From Geosiphon pyriformis uo1 (taxonomy: Eukaryota; Fungi; Glomeromycota), in NCBI GenBank assembly GCA_016748015.1, contig JAAOMT010000072.1, forward strand, positions 135,012 through 199,011: a DNA stretch of 64,000 bases, written 5' to 3'. Of this stretch, positions 35,732 through 48,900 are shown one piece after another. How positions within the stretch are numbered: position 1 is the first letter of the stretch; every line of letters starts with the position of its first letter. The translations under genes and the position numbers were made by a program. A model generated the notes under the pieces. It ran no database searches. It was not told the origin of the DNA and saw nothing but the letters and a program-made list of their open reading frames with translations.

Positions 35732-37560
35732 GTGCTTATTGGCTTTAAAGATTTTTTTTTGAAATCAAAAATTTGCAAAGTTTTTTTCTAAACTAAAAAT
35801 AAGTTATTAATTGACCAAAAATAATATGTGTTAAAGTTTTTATAAAATTTTTTATAATAAAATAAGATTTAGATTTTTGTATAATTTTTGAGAATTTTAA
35901 TTTTAGAGAATTTATAAAAACTTTGGTTTTTGGAAGTTTATTGTAATAATAGATATTAATATTTTGTTGAATTTAAGATAAATTCAATCTTGGCTTTTTT
36001 CGTTTTCTTTGTAAAAATAAAAGAATTAATAACCAATTTATCTAAATTATAATTATTATTAGTTAAATTAAAAAAATAAAAAAAGTTTTTTTTTGGTTGG
36101 CTCATATTTTTACTTTTTAAAAATTTGTTTATTAGTTTAAAGACTAATAAATAGTGGCTTTAATTAAAGAATTTTTTTGAAAAAATTCAAATTAATAAGA
36201 TTAAATCTTTAATTAAAATTATTATTATTGTTAACTTTATTATTTTAATTGTTATTGTTTCTAAAAACTGAGAAAAATAAAGAAAAATTGTTGCAATTTC
36301 TTAAGAAATGTTTAGTTAATTACAGCAATAATACACAAATAAGTTATGATTTTGCTGTGTTTAATTATAGAGTGGCTATTAAAACTAATTATAACAAGAT
36401 TCAAATTTAAGTTTTTAGAACTGTTAATTTTCTTTTATTATTTAAGTTAAAGGTTTTAATAATCAAGCAAAATTAATTGTAGTTTATAAGTTGTTTATTT
36501 AGATTTTAAGTTTAAATAATAATAAAAATAGCAGTTATTTAAAAAACTAGAGCCAAAATAAAAGCAAAAACAAAAATTATTAGTGTAAATTTCAAATGTA
36601 TTTATTAGTTGTCTTTAATTTTTTGTATTAATTTTATGACTATATTTATTGTAAAATTATCTTTTAATGTTAAGAGAAACCAAAAAGCATATAACAAGTT
36701 GGTTTTTAATCTTTTTGTAAAAAAAAAATATTTTTTGTTTTTCTGTTTAATTTCTTTCAATATTTATTCTTTTAATTAATTTTTTTATGATTTTAGTATA
36801 TTCAATTACAGTTTTTTCAAGATCTTAAATTCTTTTTTTCAGCTCTATATGCTATTTAAAAATTAAAATAAGAATTTTATATTTTTATTTAAATTAGATA
36901 ATAAAAAATTTTTTTTACCATTTTTAAAAGTTCATTTTTTTATTTTTGAGCAATGTTAATAGTAGTTTTTTAAAAGAACCAAATAACAAAAAAACCTTAA
37001 AAATAGTTATTAATAATTTGAAACTTGTAATTATTATTATACTGATTAATTGTTGTTGTTTTTTTAAAATTATTTAACTATTTAATTAAATCTTATATAT
37101 TATCTTTGAATAAAAACAATTAAGTATTGTTTTCTTATTCTAGAATAGTTTATATGTCTTAAAAAACAACCAAAATATTTGTTTGTTTGAATTATTAGCC
37201 ATTGGTTTAGAAATAGCTGTTTTTATAAAAAAATCTGATTTATTTAAAAAAAATTAAAAACAAAAACAATTTAATAGCTTTTTTTTTCTGTTTTAAAAAG
37301 ATTTTTAATTATTTAATAGACAATTATTCAAATATGAATTTAATAATTCAGATACTTAAAATCAGATGGTAGTTATTTAAAGATAATAAAATATAAGAAC
37401 TAAGTAATATTGTTGTTTTTTTCTTTAAAAAAGTCTTAAAATAAGTTTGGTTAAAAAAATATATAATATAAACAGTATAAGTTTTAGCTAAATATTCAAT
37501 TAAAAACCAGTTTTAAAAGGTTTAAAATTGTTTATTGAATTAATTTTAAACAAAAAAGCC

Positions 37561-39153
37561 CTGGTTCTCTTTTAGTTTGATCTCTCTGTTTGGTTTCTCA
37601 ATGATGCTGCTCTTTCATCTGCTTGCTCTTTCCCTATAAATGGTCATGCTTCTTCTAATATTCATTTGTCTCATGATTTTGGTGTTGTTTGTGATGATTT
37701 GTTGGCCACTGATGTTGTTGCTTGTCTTTCTGTGTATACGGATGAATTTCTGAGTGGTTTGAGTACTGTTGATATGAAGGCTAGTGCTGCTGTGTTCTTT
37801 AAGGACATTAATTCAGATTTGGAAGTAGAAGTGTCTGGCTTGGTATCTTCTATGCTAATGGAGTTGCAGGCCATTGCTCTGGCTCTTGAATGTGTTCCTT
37901 CTTTTTGTTCAGTTGACTTGTTCTCAGACAGCCAAGCTGCTTTGGATGCATGCAAAGCTGAATTCTTATTGGTTCATTCAGACTTCAGAAATTAGTATTG
38001 GATTGAGCAGCACCATATTGCTAACATTGTATGTAAGAAAAATTTAGATGTAAATTGGGTCAAGGTTAAGGGTCACTCAAGCATCTCGGACAATGAACAG
38101 ACTGACACATTTGCTAGGATAGCCACTTCTTCCTCTTGGCAGCTATCTCATATGATCAGTGAATGTTTTTTGAGGGCTGGTGGCTCTGTAGGTTCTGGTA
38201 ATTCAAGACATTTTGTTCGTAACATTTTCTATTCTGTTCACTGTGCATGTTGGGAGGTTGGTTCTGGTTCCAGGGTTGTGATGGATAGGCTGCATGCTAA
38301 CATTAACTGGTCCAGATCTTCTTTGGTGTGGCATCTGGACTTCTACCTAGCTACTGATTTTATTAGTGCTCAGACTGCTGGTTTTTGGATGTATTTTATG
38401 AAGGCTTTACACTATCACCTTCTTATGGCTGTGCATAAGTGTGTTTATAATAGGTGTTATCCCAGTGTTATATGTTTGTTCTGTGGAGATGTTGAGGTCT
38501 CAGACCATGTTTTTTCCTGCCTATCTGATGCTGCTGGTCGTGTTTACCTGGCGGATGTTCATGCTTTTATTTGGGAATTGTGCTTGAGTTTATCTCGGTT
38601 TTCCTCTTGTGTGTTACAGTTGCTGTCTACTCACTTCTTTGATGTTATTGTTAGTACAGCTCTGTATAAGGGCTTTGTTTTTTGTAAGTGGTATTGTGAG
38701 TCTGTTTTTATCTTTAAGGATTCTAAGGTTGCAGCCCAGAATATTGTGGCCTTTGTGTGTGATTTCTGTTTTGCATTTCAGGATGATATCTGGCTAGTAC
38801 GAGCTAAACACTGAGCTTTTATGGAGAAGAATGAGTTGATTCTGCATGATGGTTCTGTTCCTACAGCTGTATTTGGTTTTTTCTCTGTGCTTTCGGCTGG
38901 TATTGTCAGGTTGTTAAGCATTGCTGATGCTTTTGGTGTTGGTTTTGGGTATCGTAGACATTGTTTGTTCTTTTCGGAGATAAGGCTTCTGTACATATAG
39001 GGGTGTAGTGTTATTCTAATTGGTTTGAGTGGCTAGTCACGTGTAGAAAATACATGATTTGCATCTAGTTTAGATCATATATTAATGTATAGTACTAGTT
39101 AGCATTTAGACTTCACTCAATAAACGTAATAAAAAAACAAAAACAAAAACAAA
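37561..39153 (+). mobile_element. 5'-truncated LINE (RNase H, C-terminal Cys domain, 3' UTR, A-rich tail)
   Basis: VYTD..ELQAIALAL..FSDSQAAL..KVKGHS; CLFCGDVEVSDHVFSC; TSD TTAAACAAAAAAGCC at 37546-37560 and 39154-39168. Confidence 0.93.
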
Positions 39154-39311
39154 TTAAACAAAAAAGCCAAAGATTAAATTTAATAAAGTCTAGATTATTT
39201 TTGTTATATACTTCAAAGTATTTTTCTAATTGTTGTAATAAATAGAAATAATTACTTATACAATAAAAAACAAAGTGAATTTTAACAACTTTATAAAAAA
39301 CACCACTTTTA

Positions 39312-39980
39312 TATTATGAATTAAAATAACAAACTAACAAATTGCAAGATAAAACACAATTATATGATAATAAAATTAATTAAAAGAGAATTTAACTTCA
39401 AAAAACAAATTAATTAATATGAATTCAATATGTAAGATTAGTCTTAAAATATTTTAATCATTATTTTTTTCAAAAAATAGCAAAAAAATCCAAAGATAAA
39501 AGAATAGTTTGTATTATTAAAAAAAAATAATACATTAATATAATTTTATATCTTATATTAGTGCTTTTAAAATTTAATATTAGATATTAATTGTGTTTTT
39601 CAGTAATATTTATTCAATAATCTTTAAAATCAATAATTACAAGTAAATATTAACAAGTAATTTTTTATTACAAAATATTCAAATATTTAAAAAAATTGAA
39701 AAAGAAAATTAAACAAATTAAAAAAATTAGATATTATAGAAATAATTTTTATTACTTTAATTTATATATGTTTTGTATATTAGAACATGTTTTTTTAAAG
39801 TTGAAAGATATATTGCTTATATAATTATTTAAAATAGTCAATAATTAAGTTAGTAATTAAATTATAATCAGATATTAATTAGGTTAGTAATTATTTTTTA
39901 AAAATAAGATGGCTAATTATATGATATTAGTAACTAATATATGTAATAATTAATAAAAACTATAAATTTTAACCATAATA
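39312..39980 (-). repeat. 5' LTR of D2
   Basis: Homologous to 13118-13839. Confidence 0.75.
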
Positions 39981-40390
39981 ATATTTTAAATTATTTATTA
40001 CTTTATATTACTAAAATATATATTATTTATATTTTATATTTTATTTTATTAAATAAATTATTAATCTTATTATTTAATTTTGTTTTTATAATATTAATTA
40101 AATAATAAAATTGTTATATTATTAAAACTATAATTTTAACAATAATATTTTAATTATGTTTTTTATAAATTTTTGTTTTTTATAAATTGGATTTTTAAAT
40201 ATTATATATTTTTAATAATTAATTAAAAAATCTTTGATTATAACTTAATATAGATAAAAAAACTTCTTTTTCTCCTTCGTCCCAAATCCTAAAAAAGAGT
40301 CAAAAGTTTTTTGAAAAGAAGTTTTTTACAATTCAGTTTGATAAATCTAAACTATTTCTGCTCAACTACAAGACCATTGTTGGTTCCAGT

Positions 40391-42174
40391 GTGGCTGCAA
40401 TGAAGAAGTCTGTCAAAAACTTTAGTGTAGATACTGTTAGCAAAGATGTTGCCTCTAGAAAGAAGAGAAAAGAGGGTGTTCTGAAAGACGGTATTGTTCA
40501 TAAAAAGGTTTTATCTGGTAATCTAGTTGGTAGTTCTTGGAGGTCTGAAGCAGGTAATACCACCGAATTAGACAGTGTAGATATGGAAAAGAAGTTTTTG
40601 GTTGAAGAAACTAGTGTGAATTATGGAGAGAGAGTTGTTCTTAAAGGAAAAGACAATAACCAAATGCCAAAGAGTCCAAAATTGGTTACCAAGCAGGCTT
40701 TGGGCAAGCTTTTAGGCAAGATCAACTTTTTGGGCAGCAATGATGATGATGGCATTCTTCTGGATGAATCTGTGGTGCTTTTCTTCTCTCTCAAAAAGTT
40801 AATTAACATGTCTGCTAAGAAGTCTTTTGCTTTGGATATTAATCTGATCAATATTTCTGAAAAATCTGCTCAGGACAAGCTGGTTGTGATCAGAAAATTA
40901 TTCTCAAAAATCAATGGTTTTGGGAGGGCCTCTACCCCTTTAAAATTTTCTGGGATCATCCAGGCAATGTTTACTTCCAAATCTAGTTTAATGAAAGCTA
41001 CTAAATTAGCTGCTAATGTGAAAATTTTAGTGAACACTGATCTCAAAAAATTGTCTGGTCATTCAGATCGGGCTGTGGTGTTGAAGAAAATTCCAGTGAG
41101 AACATCAGCTGAGGCTGTGCACACTGCACTATCTAAATTTGGTATAATTAAGTCAATCAAAATGCAATTGGTGAAGCTATAGCAGAAGACAATCATTGAG
41201 TTTAAGGAGCTGAATCAGACTGAGTTGTTGGCGTTCAGATGGTCCATCCTAATCAGGAAGGATGCAATACATGTTGTGAGATCAGATCTTGATAAACAAA
41301 CATGAGATACTAGGGATCAGCATAGGGTGCTGCTTTATACTTTGCCTATGGGAACTAATGTTCACAACATCTGGAATTTTATTGGTTCGGTGAATGAGAA
41401 AACATGTGTAATCGATTGTCATCCAGTTACCTATGCTCGGACCAGATGTGCCACTGTTTGTTTTGAATCAGCTGAATCATTAAATGCTGTCATGAGAACA
41501 ACACCTGTATTCAAAGGAGCTCATCTTTATTGGTCTTATCTTGGTTCTGCTACATGTGCAAAGTGTGAGAAACTGGGCCACTTTTCTCTGAACTGTGTTT
41601 CAGGTAGGGTATCTTTCTTTAGTAGTATGCCACGTCGAGTTTTGTCAGATATAGATAAAAGCAAACTGGCAGCTATTTATGCCAAGTGTTCGGCATCTGT
41701 TGCTCGTCCTGTCTCCTTTGGTGGTGTTTCATGGGCCAAGATTGTCGGTGGGTCTTCTTTCCCTCCTCCCCTGTTCGGAACATTGTAATAAATACTGGCT
41801 TCTCTTTGGAGATGAAGCCTACTCTTTCTGTTATGAGTGATTTGGAGAAAAAGTTCACAGTTCTGGAAAGCAGTATTGTCAGTCTCGCGGGGCAAATTGG
41901 TGAGTTGGCTAAGAGATTGGACTCATTCATGCTGGCAGTTTTCCAGCCTAGCTCTGGATGTCAGCTGTTGGTAACCCCCCTATCACAGAATCAAGTGGGT
42001 AATATAGTGATGGGAGAGGGTTCGGGTGAGGCCACTAGTGGTAATACTGCTGCAATTTTGGTTTTTTCTGTCTCTCCTGAGATGAAAAAGTTGGAAAATA
42101 TGTTGGAAGGTCTTTCCACTTTAGTTCTAAGTCTAACAGCAAGATTTGACAGTTCAATTCTGGTGCACTTCTAA
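40391..42174 (+). pseudogene. LINE ORF1 (RRM-like segments, CCHC knuckle, coiled coil)
   Basis: VVLKKIPVRTSAEAVHTALSKFG; CAKCEKLGHFSLNC; LEKKFTVLESSIVSLAGQIGELAKRL; stops and one frameshift. Confidence 0.85.
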
Positions 42175-42187
42175 AACCCCTTTCTCA

Positions 42188-42664
42188 ATGACAAATTTTG
42201 TTTGGAAAATTGCCATGTGTAATGTTCACGGGATAAACAATCCTGCCAAACAGGATGATGTTGTTTGTTGGCACAAAGACATGGACAATTTAGTTTCTAT
42301 TTTTACTGAGTCAAAATTGAAAGGGAAGGTTCATCCCTGGATTGTCAATAAGTTTGATGGTGTGTGGGTGTTTATTTCTGGTCTGGATTCTGGTCATCTG
42401 GGTGCTGGTGTGGCTGTTGTTATGAACAATTCTTTGACAAAACACGTTTGTAAGGTTTTTGAGGTGCCTAGTTAGCTCCTCTCTATTAGGCTGCTTTTTA
42501 GTAACAAGCTCTCGGTTTTAATTTTGGGCCTGTATGCTGGTGCCTCTTCAGTAGTCCGGTTTTCTTAAGCTGGTAATGTCAATTCTCTAATTGCCAAGGC
42601 TGTAAATAATTCATCTTTTGTCATTCTTGACAGTAATTTTAATGAGAATAGCTCTCATATGTGT
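42188..42664 (+). pseudogene. LINE ORF2 N-terminus (AP endonuclease)
   Basis: IAMCNVHGIN..IFTESKL..GVAVV..GLYAG..LDSNFNE (=GGDFNE). Confidence 0.88.
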
Positions 42665-43756
42665 TGTTACAGGTAAACTTGGTGGGTATGGGAAATGGTA
42701 ACGTTTGGTGCTCTCAATTATTAATGATGTGTCTTCCGCGTAATTCTGTTGGCTTAGTCTTGATTATTAGTCTCTGAAGGTCTATTCCTGAATGTGAATT
42801 TTACCTGTTGAGTTCTTTGGTTATAAGGCACAGAGTTTGTCTTTCGTCGATTGCAATGTTTTTTGTAAATGTGAGCTTTCTTCTCTGAGCTAATAAGTGC
42901 AGTCATTAGGGTCTGGTGTTGTTTTTTCACCTTTCTGGTAAGCTAATAAGATAATGTTAATATTCAAAACTTAGAGGGAGCTTCCCTCTTTTACCAGGCT
43001 ATCACGAAGTCTATTCCCAGACAGTCGATTTTACTATGTTGCCATTCCACAAAAAATAAGACAGAAAAAGAAAGAAAAAGAAAAAGAAAAGAAAAGAAAA
43101 GAGAGAAAAAATAAATTAATATCGTCAATTGCCATAATCAAGAGCGATTGGTCCAAATCGTTAATAGGTTTGAGGCAGTTAAGCTAAGAGCATCTGTTCT
43201 AGAATGGAGATATGAAACAAGGGTTAATTCACGTAAATTCCACAAAGTTTGAGAACATGAATTTGTGATTCTGATTTCTTTTAATAATTGGTTTATTTCA
43301 GGAGATGAAATAGGGAAGATAATAAAGGATGAAGGAGTATGGATATTTTAATTTTTGGTTTAGAGGTTCATATCTATTTTTTCTTCTCTGTCTTTTCTCA
43401 CTTCTACAACTACTTGCTTTTAAACATTCTTTTGGTTTTACAGGATTGCTTTCAATTGTCTCGCTATTGCTAGCTATTGCTTTGTTGTTTCTGTTATTGC
43501 TTCATTTTTCTATGTTATCACTAGTTATCCTATGTTATAACATGTTATCTAACATTATTACATGTTATTCTGTGTTATTCTGTGTTATAACATGTTATCC
43601 TATGTTATTGTGCACTATTTTGTGTTATCCTGTATTATAACACATTATCCAACATTATAACGTGTTATCCAATATTATTGCATGTTATTCTGTGTTATGT
43701 CACGTTTTGGTCACGTTTTTTTATAACTTTGGATCGGTTTTTCTACTTGGGTAACA
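42665..43756 (-). repeat. 3' LTR of A
   Basis: TGTTACA...GTAACA; PPT AAAAAGAGAAAAATAA adjacent on the minus strand; U3 with tgttat-type short repeats. Confidence 0.95.
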
Positions 43757-43770
43757 TTATTTTTCTCTTT

Positions 43771-44565
43771 TTAAAATTGAGCTTCTGCAAAACTGTATGT
43801 ATCTGTTATCGTGGCTTCGTTCATGTAATGTTTGATTGTTGCCTTAAGTATTGCCTTTTGTAGGTCTTCGAATTGTTGATTGGTTATTCGTTCTATGCTG
43901 TTAACCATTATGATTTTCATAGATCCGTTCAGTAGTATGTTTGGGCAATGTTGGAAGGCGGCATATAGTCAGTATGCTGTTTTGCAATGTAGGGTCAGGT
44001 TGTTTTTCCCTACGAATTTTTTTACTTGTTGTATTGCTTTTTTGTTGAACATTTTCTGGCTGAGATCTTTGTATGGTGTTTTTAAGTCAAGCTGTTCTCC
44101 AATTTTGTAGAACCAATAAGCTGGAGGAAGTCTTTCTTTCCATTTCTGGGTGTTGTCAGGTGTCCACTCCTCTGTTTCAGAGAGTTCGGTCCCATGAGCT
44201 AAAGCTTCTTTTATTTTTTCAAGCTCAGGGACCAAGTATCTTCTTTTGTAATCTTTTCCTCGTTCTTTGCCTCCTTCTTTTTCACCCTCCACCCAAAGAC
44301 AATTTTTCTTCCCACATTGCCTTTCGGGTGGTGGGTAGGGAAGGGAACATTTAGTTCTAATTAAACTTTCGTCCTCCCCTCTCCTGCTTTTATCTTTGTA
44401 CTGTATCTCTTTTTTATTAATTGTTATTTCTATTTGAGATGTCAATTTTTGAATTGTTTCAAATAATTGTTTAGATAATTTTAAAATTTGATCTGAAAAG
44501 TCCATGTTGAAATTTCTATCATTTCTTGCTGCTTTTTGGATGCTATATATATTTGAATTCTCCAA
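43771..44565 (-). pseudogene. ORF3 of A (unknown function)
   Basis: 198-aa ORF continues in frame past one TGA to ...YSFAEAQF* (265 codons). Confidence 0.78.
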
Positions 44566-44585
44566 TTTAATTTGCTGTCCGTTGT

Positions 44586-45953
44586 CTACGTTTCGATGAT
44601 GATAATTGGTTCCAAATCTTGTGGTATATCTTCTGGTCTGATTAATAAAATTTGTGTTCCTAGTTGAGGTACTGATGATGATAATTCCTGTTTTACATGA
44701 TAAATTTTTAACCGATTTTCATGTGCTACTTTCTTTAAAATCCTGTCTTCCAATCATAATTTGTAAGCTCCATTTCCTAATGCTTCGTGTATGTGGAATG
44801 GACCGTCCCACTTTGGGTCAAACTTTCCACTCCACTGTTTCTCAGCTTTTGTATGATGTAATAGTACTTGGTCTCCAATCTTGAATTCCATTGGTTGTTC
44901 TGATAAGTGTTTATCATGTCTTTCTTTTTGTCGTTCTTGAGCATGATTAATATTGCCAGCTGCTGTTCTTCGATTGTTTTTCAACATTTCCATTAGCTGG
45001 TACGTTCTTTGGTGTAAAGTAGCCTTAAAATTCTCTTCATTGATTGTTTCTGTTGGGTATGATGGTATCACTTGTTCAATCGGTAACATAGCTTTTCTTC
45101 CATAGACTAGTTCGAACAGTGTGAACTGAGTCGTATTTTGTTTCAATTTTTGGTATGCAAAGAGTACAGAAGGTATGAATAAGTCCCATTCTTGTCTGTT
45201 TTCATGACTTATTTTTGCTAGTGCTTTGCACAGTGTTCTGTTAAATCGTTCTACCAGTCCATTCATTTGTGGGTGGTATGGTGACGATAAGAGTCTCTTT
45301 ATTTCAAATTGTTGGCTTAGTTCAGTCAGCGTATTATTAACAAAGTGTGTTCCCTAATTAGATAATAATTCTTTCGGACATCCATGTTGACAAATTAGGT
45401 CTTAATGCACAAATTCAGTGACTGTTTTGGTGTCAGCCACTTGGATTGCTCTGGCTTCTGGCCATTTTGTAAGATAGTCTACAGCTACAGCAATATAGTG
45501 ATTTCCTTGGGATGTAATTGAAAAAGGTCCAACCAAATTAATCTCAATTCTATCAAATAGATTTCCAATTGGAATGGGTTGAAGTGGTTCTGTTGATCTT
45601 GCTCCTCCTCTTTACTAACATGTATCACAATTGAGCACGTATTCGAAAATGTCTTTGTGTATCGTTGGCCAATAATATAAGTTTAGTGTTCTTTCGAGGG
45701 TAGCATCTTTGTTAAAGTGTCCTGCAGTTGGATTTGAGTGCACGCTATATAGTATAGTTTCTTTTTCACTGTCCGTGATTAGTCATTATGGGTTGGGATG
45801 GTTTCGGCATTCTTGTTAATATAGTTGGTTGTCTTGAATAAAATAATTTCGGGCTTGTTTTCATATGGTACTCTGTTCCTGTTGAGATAATATCTCCTTG
45901 AAATGTAGTGTTGATAGGTACTGATGTAGTTGTTAATAAGTGAGTGTGTCCAT
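44586..45953 (-). pseudogene. int: Integrase of A (separate ORF, 456 codons)
   Basis: MDTLTY.. HSNPTAGH..CDTC, YHPQMNGLVERFN, WDGPFHIHEALGNGAYKL, EPIIIIET*. Confidence 0.92.
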
Positions 45954-45963
45954 GGGTCTGGGA

Positions 45964-48900
45964 TTAGATTTGTGGCATCCTCAACAAACTGTCAGCATTG
46001 GTGTTCTTGGATCCTTCCTTGTAATGGACTTTGAGTGGGAATTGTTGCAGATAAGTACTCCATCTTGCATATTTTTCTTTTAGTTGTGGATTGTTGAGTA
46101 ACCAAATAAGTCCTTTGTGGTTAGTATATAGGTCAAATAGTTGACTGAGGTAATGTTTTCAAGTCTGTATGGCCCAATAAATGGCAAGACATTCCAGATC
46201 TGTTGTGCTGTAATTCTTTTCTGCTGGGCTAGTGCTGCGACTAGTGTAGGCAACTGGGTGTTCTCTATTGTCTGGTCTTATTTGTGATAAGACTACTCTT
46301 AAAGCATTTTTCGAGATGTCTGTAGCAACAATGAACCATTTAGTGAAATCTGGGTAAATCAGGATTGGGGATGTAATCAATCACTGTTTGAAATAGTCGA
46401 ATGCTCTCTGTTGATCTTCCTTCTACAAGTATGGTACGTATTTGGACAACAATTGATGGAGTGGTTTTGTGATGTTCGAGAAACCTTTGACAAATTGATA
46501 ATAATATTCTGCTAATCCTAGAAATCCTCGTAATTCTCTGAAGTTGATTGGGGCTGGAAAATCCTTGACTTTTTGTACTTTATCTGGATCAGGTTTAACT
46601 CCATCCTTGCCAATTACATGTCCTAGAAATTTTAACTCAGTTTTTCCAAAGAAGCACTTCTTGGGATTGAGTTTCAATCTGGCACTACGAAGTCATTCAA
46701 AGACTTGTTGCAGGTGGAGCAAATGGTCTTCGAATGTTTTGGAGAACACGTTTGTGTTGTCTAAGTAGACTACTACTGATTTCCAAAGGATTCCTTTGTA
46801 TACTACATCCATCAGGTGTTGAAATGTGGCAGAAGCATTACAAAGTCCAAAAGGCATTACATTAAACTTGAAGTTTCCGTTTCGAGTGGTAAACGCTGTT
46901 TTTCTTTTGTCTTTGAGGTCTATTTCAACTTGCCAGTAACCACTTGCTAAATCTAATGATGAGAACCATTTTTTTTCCTTAGATTGTCCAGAATTTCCTG
47001 GATAAGAGAAGTGGGATAACTATTTCCTCGTATGACACTATTTAGTTTTCGATAATCTATGCAGAATTGCACTTTTCCATTTTTCTTGGTAACCAAGACT
47101 ACTGGTGAGGACCAAGGGCTTAATGATTCTTTGATTAAGCCATTATCAAGCATCCGTTGCACTTTTTGCTTAATTAGGTTATTGCCAGATGGGAGTATGT
47201 GGTAAGCTCATTGCTTAATTGGTCAAGCATCTCCTGTATCAATCTGATGCTTTATGATGTCAGTGCATCTGAACTCATTTTCGCTGGCAAAGACATCGGC
47301 ATATTGATTCAGAAAGACTTTGAGTTGCATTTGTTGCAGGGTACTTAAATTTCCTAAATTCAATTTATTGATCTCTTCTGGTGTGAACAAGTAACTTTCT
47401 TTTGGCAAATTCCATACTTGTGAGGTAATATCACAGAATAAGAATAATTGTGCGAAATCTGGAATGAACTGGGGTTTTTCAAGATTCTAACTATCTGCGG
47501 ATATGGAACTGACAAGGGTCTCTTCGGGGATTTCAATGACATCTTCTGTCGGGTTGTAGATGGGGATTTTGAAGTGTTTATGGGCTTTGGCCGGTAGGTA
47601 TAGATTAGCAACATCAGCTAGGGAACAGATTTTGGGACTGGTTTCGAATAATAGGGCTTGATCTTGGATCTTTCAATTCACCTTGAGAATATATTGTCAG
47701 TATGGGGGAATGGAGATGACGGTATCGGTGTGAATAAATTCTATCTGGTCACTGTCTTCCTCTGTGAAATTAACTAGTACATTTCTTCTTCCACTTGATC
47801 CAAACCCGTTGATTCCTCAGGCAGTGAGGTCTAACTCTTTTCGGGTTGTTATCGGGGTTAATTGGGGTATTTTAACTAGGGGTAGGAAGATAGCTTGGGC
47901 AATTTTTTCTTGTGATTCTATTTTATAAGGTCTGTCTGAATTGTTTTGTAATATTATAATAATGTTTCCCATGTAACTGGCATCAATGATTCCTCCTTTT
48001 ATGTTAATTTTTTTTTTGGCTAGACTAGATCGAGAGACAACTTGTACTATTGTACTAACAGGAATTTCTAATGCTATCTTAAGATCTATTTTTACGAGAG
48101 AATGTGGGGCTATAATGATGGGTAATTGTCTGGGGTATTGTAGATCGAAACTGGCATTGGTGTCATGCACTCTTTCAGGGCAGATTCTTTCCTTGTTGTC
48201 ACTGTACCATTTTAGCTCTAGTTTTTTGGATAGGTCAGAATATGCGAGATACTGTTTTGTTTCAGTATCCTCAGTTGGATCTTGAAATGACATGTCCTTG
48301 GTAATCAATACCTCTTTTTTGGGTTCAGGTAGTTTGGTGATTGGAAACAGTATTCTTGGAGGTGGATTGAACATGAGATCACATTCATCACAGTACTGGA
48401 AGTGACAGGAGATCAAACAGTAATCACATAGTTTGGTATTCAAATCGGCCAACCTTTGCTCCTGTTCCTCGTGAGTTGGGGCCAATTCCTGATATCAGTT
48501 TTGAAATACGTCTGAATTATCTGTGAAGAAATCATCCTTGGGGTAGTTGGGTCCAATATATTCGGGCATCCAAGGGTTGTCTTTAATTTCTCATATTTCT
48601 TCGGGCGTGGTGTCTTCAGCCTTGGCACTTGTTATTCTCTAAATTTCGTGGTCATCGTGTGGATAACCATCTAGCCTGTTGAGTACTTATTTTCAAGCAT
48701 CCTCGATGGGAGTTCCCTTTTGTACTCAATCATTGATTAATATGGTGTATTAACAAGCCTCATCGCATGTTCTTCCTCTGTCAGGCACATCATTCCAGAG
48801 TCCTTTATCTGGCAGGATTTCACTACATGTGAGGCACAGTGTGTGGTCCCACTTGCCTTGTCGTTTTGGTTGTCCAAATCTTTCCAGTAAACAAGGCCTG

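Larger units (their letters stand above)
35732..39980 (-). mobile_element. Eroded D-family copy D2 (LTR and gag), interrupted by a LINE
   Basis: Colinear with ~11110-13839; LTR 39312-39980; decayed PBS at ~39290-39305. Confidence 0.8.

Noticed and set aside
39981-40255. Near-pure A/T stretches (also 57268-57540) as origin or regulatory DNA
   Set aside because: No discernible structure; most likely terminally eroded TE sequence
43329-43863. Hydrophobic Leu/Phe/Cys-rich ORFs (also 52480, 8073, 10445, 5496) as env or membrane proteins
   Set aside because: Antisense translations of T-rich LTR U3 repeats; no consistent start or frame across copies
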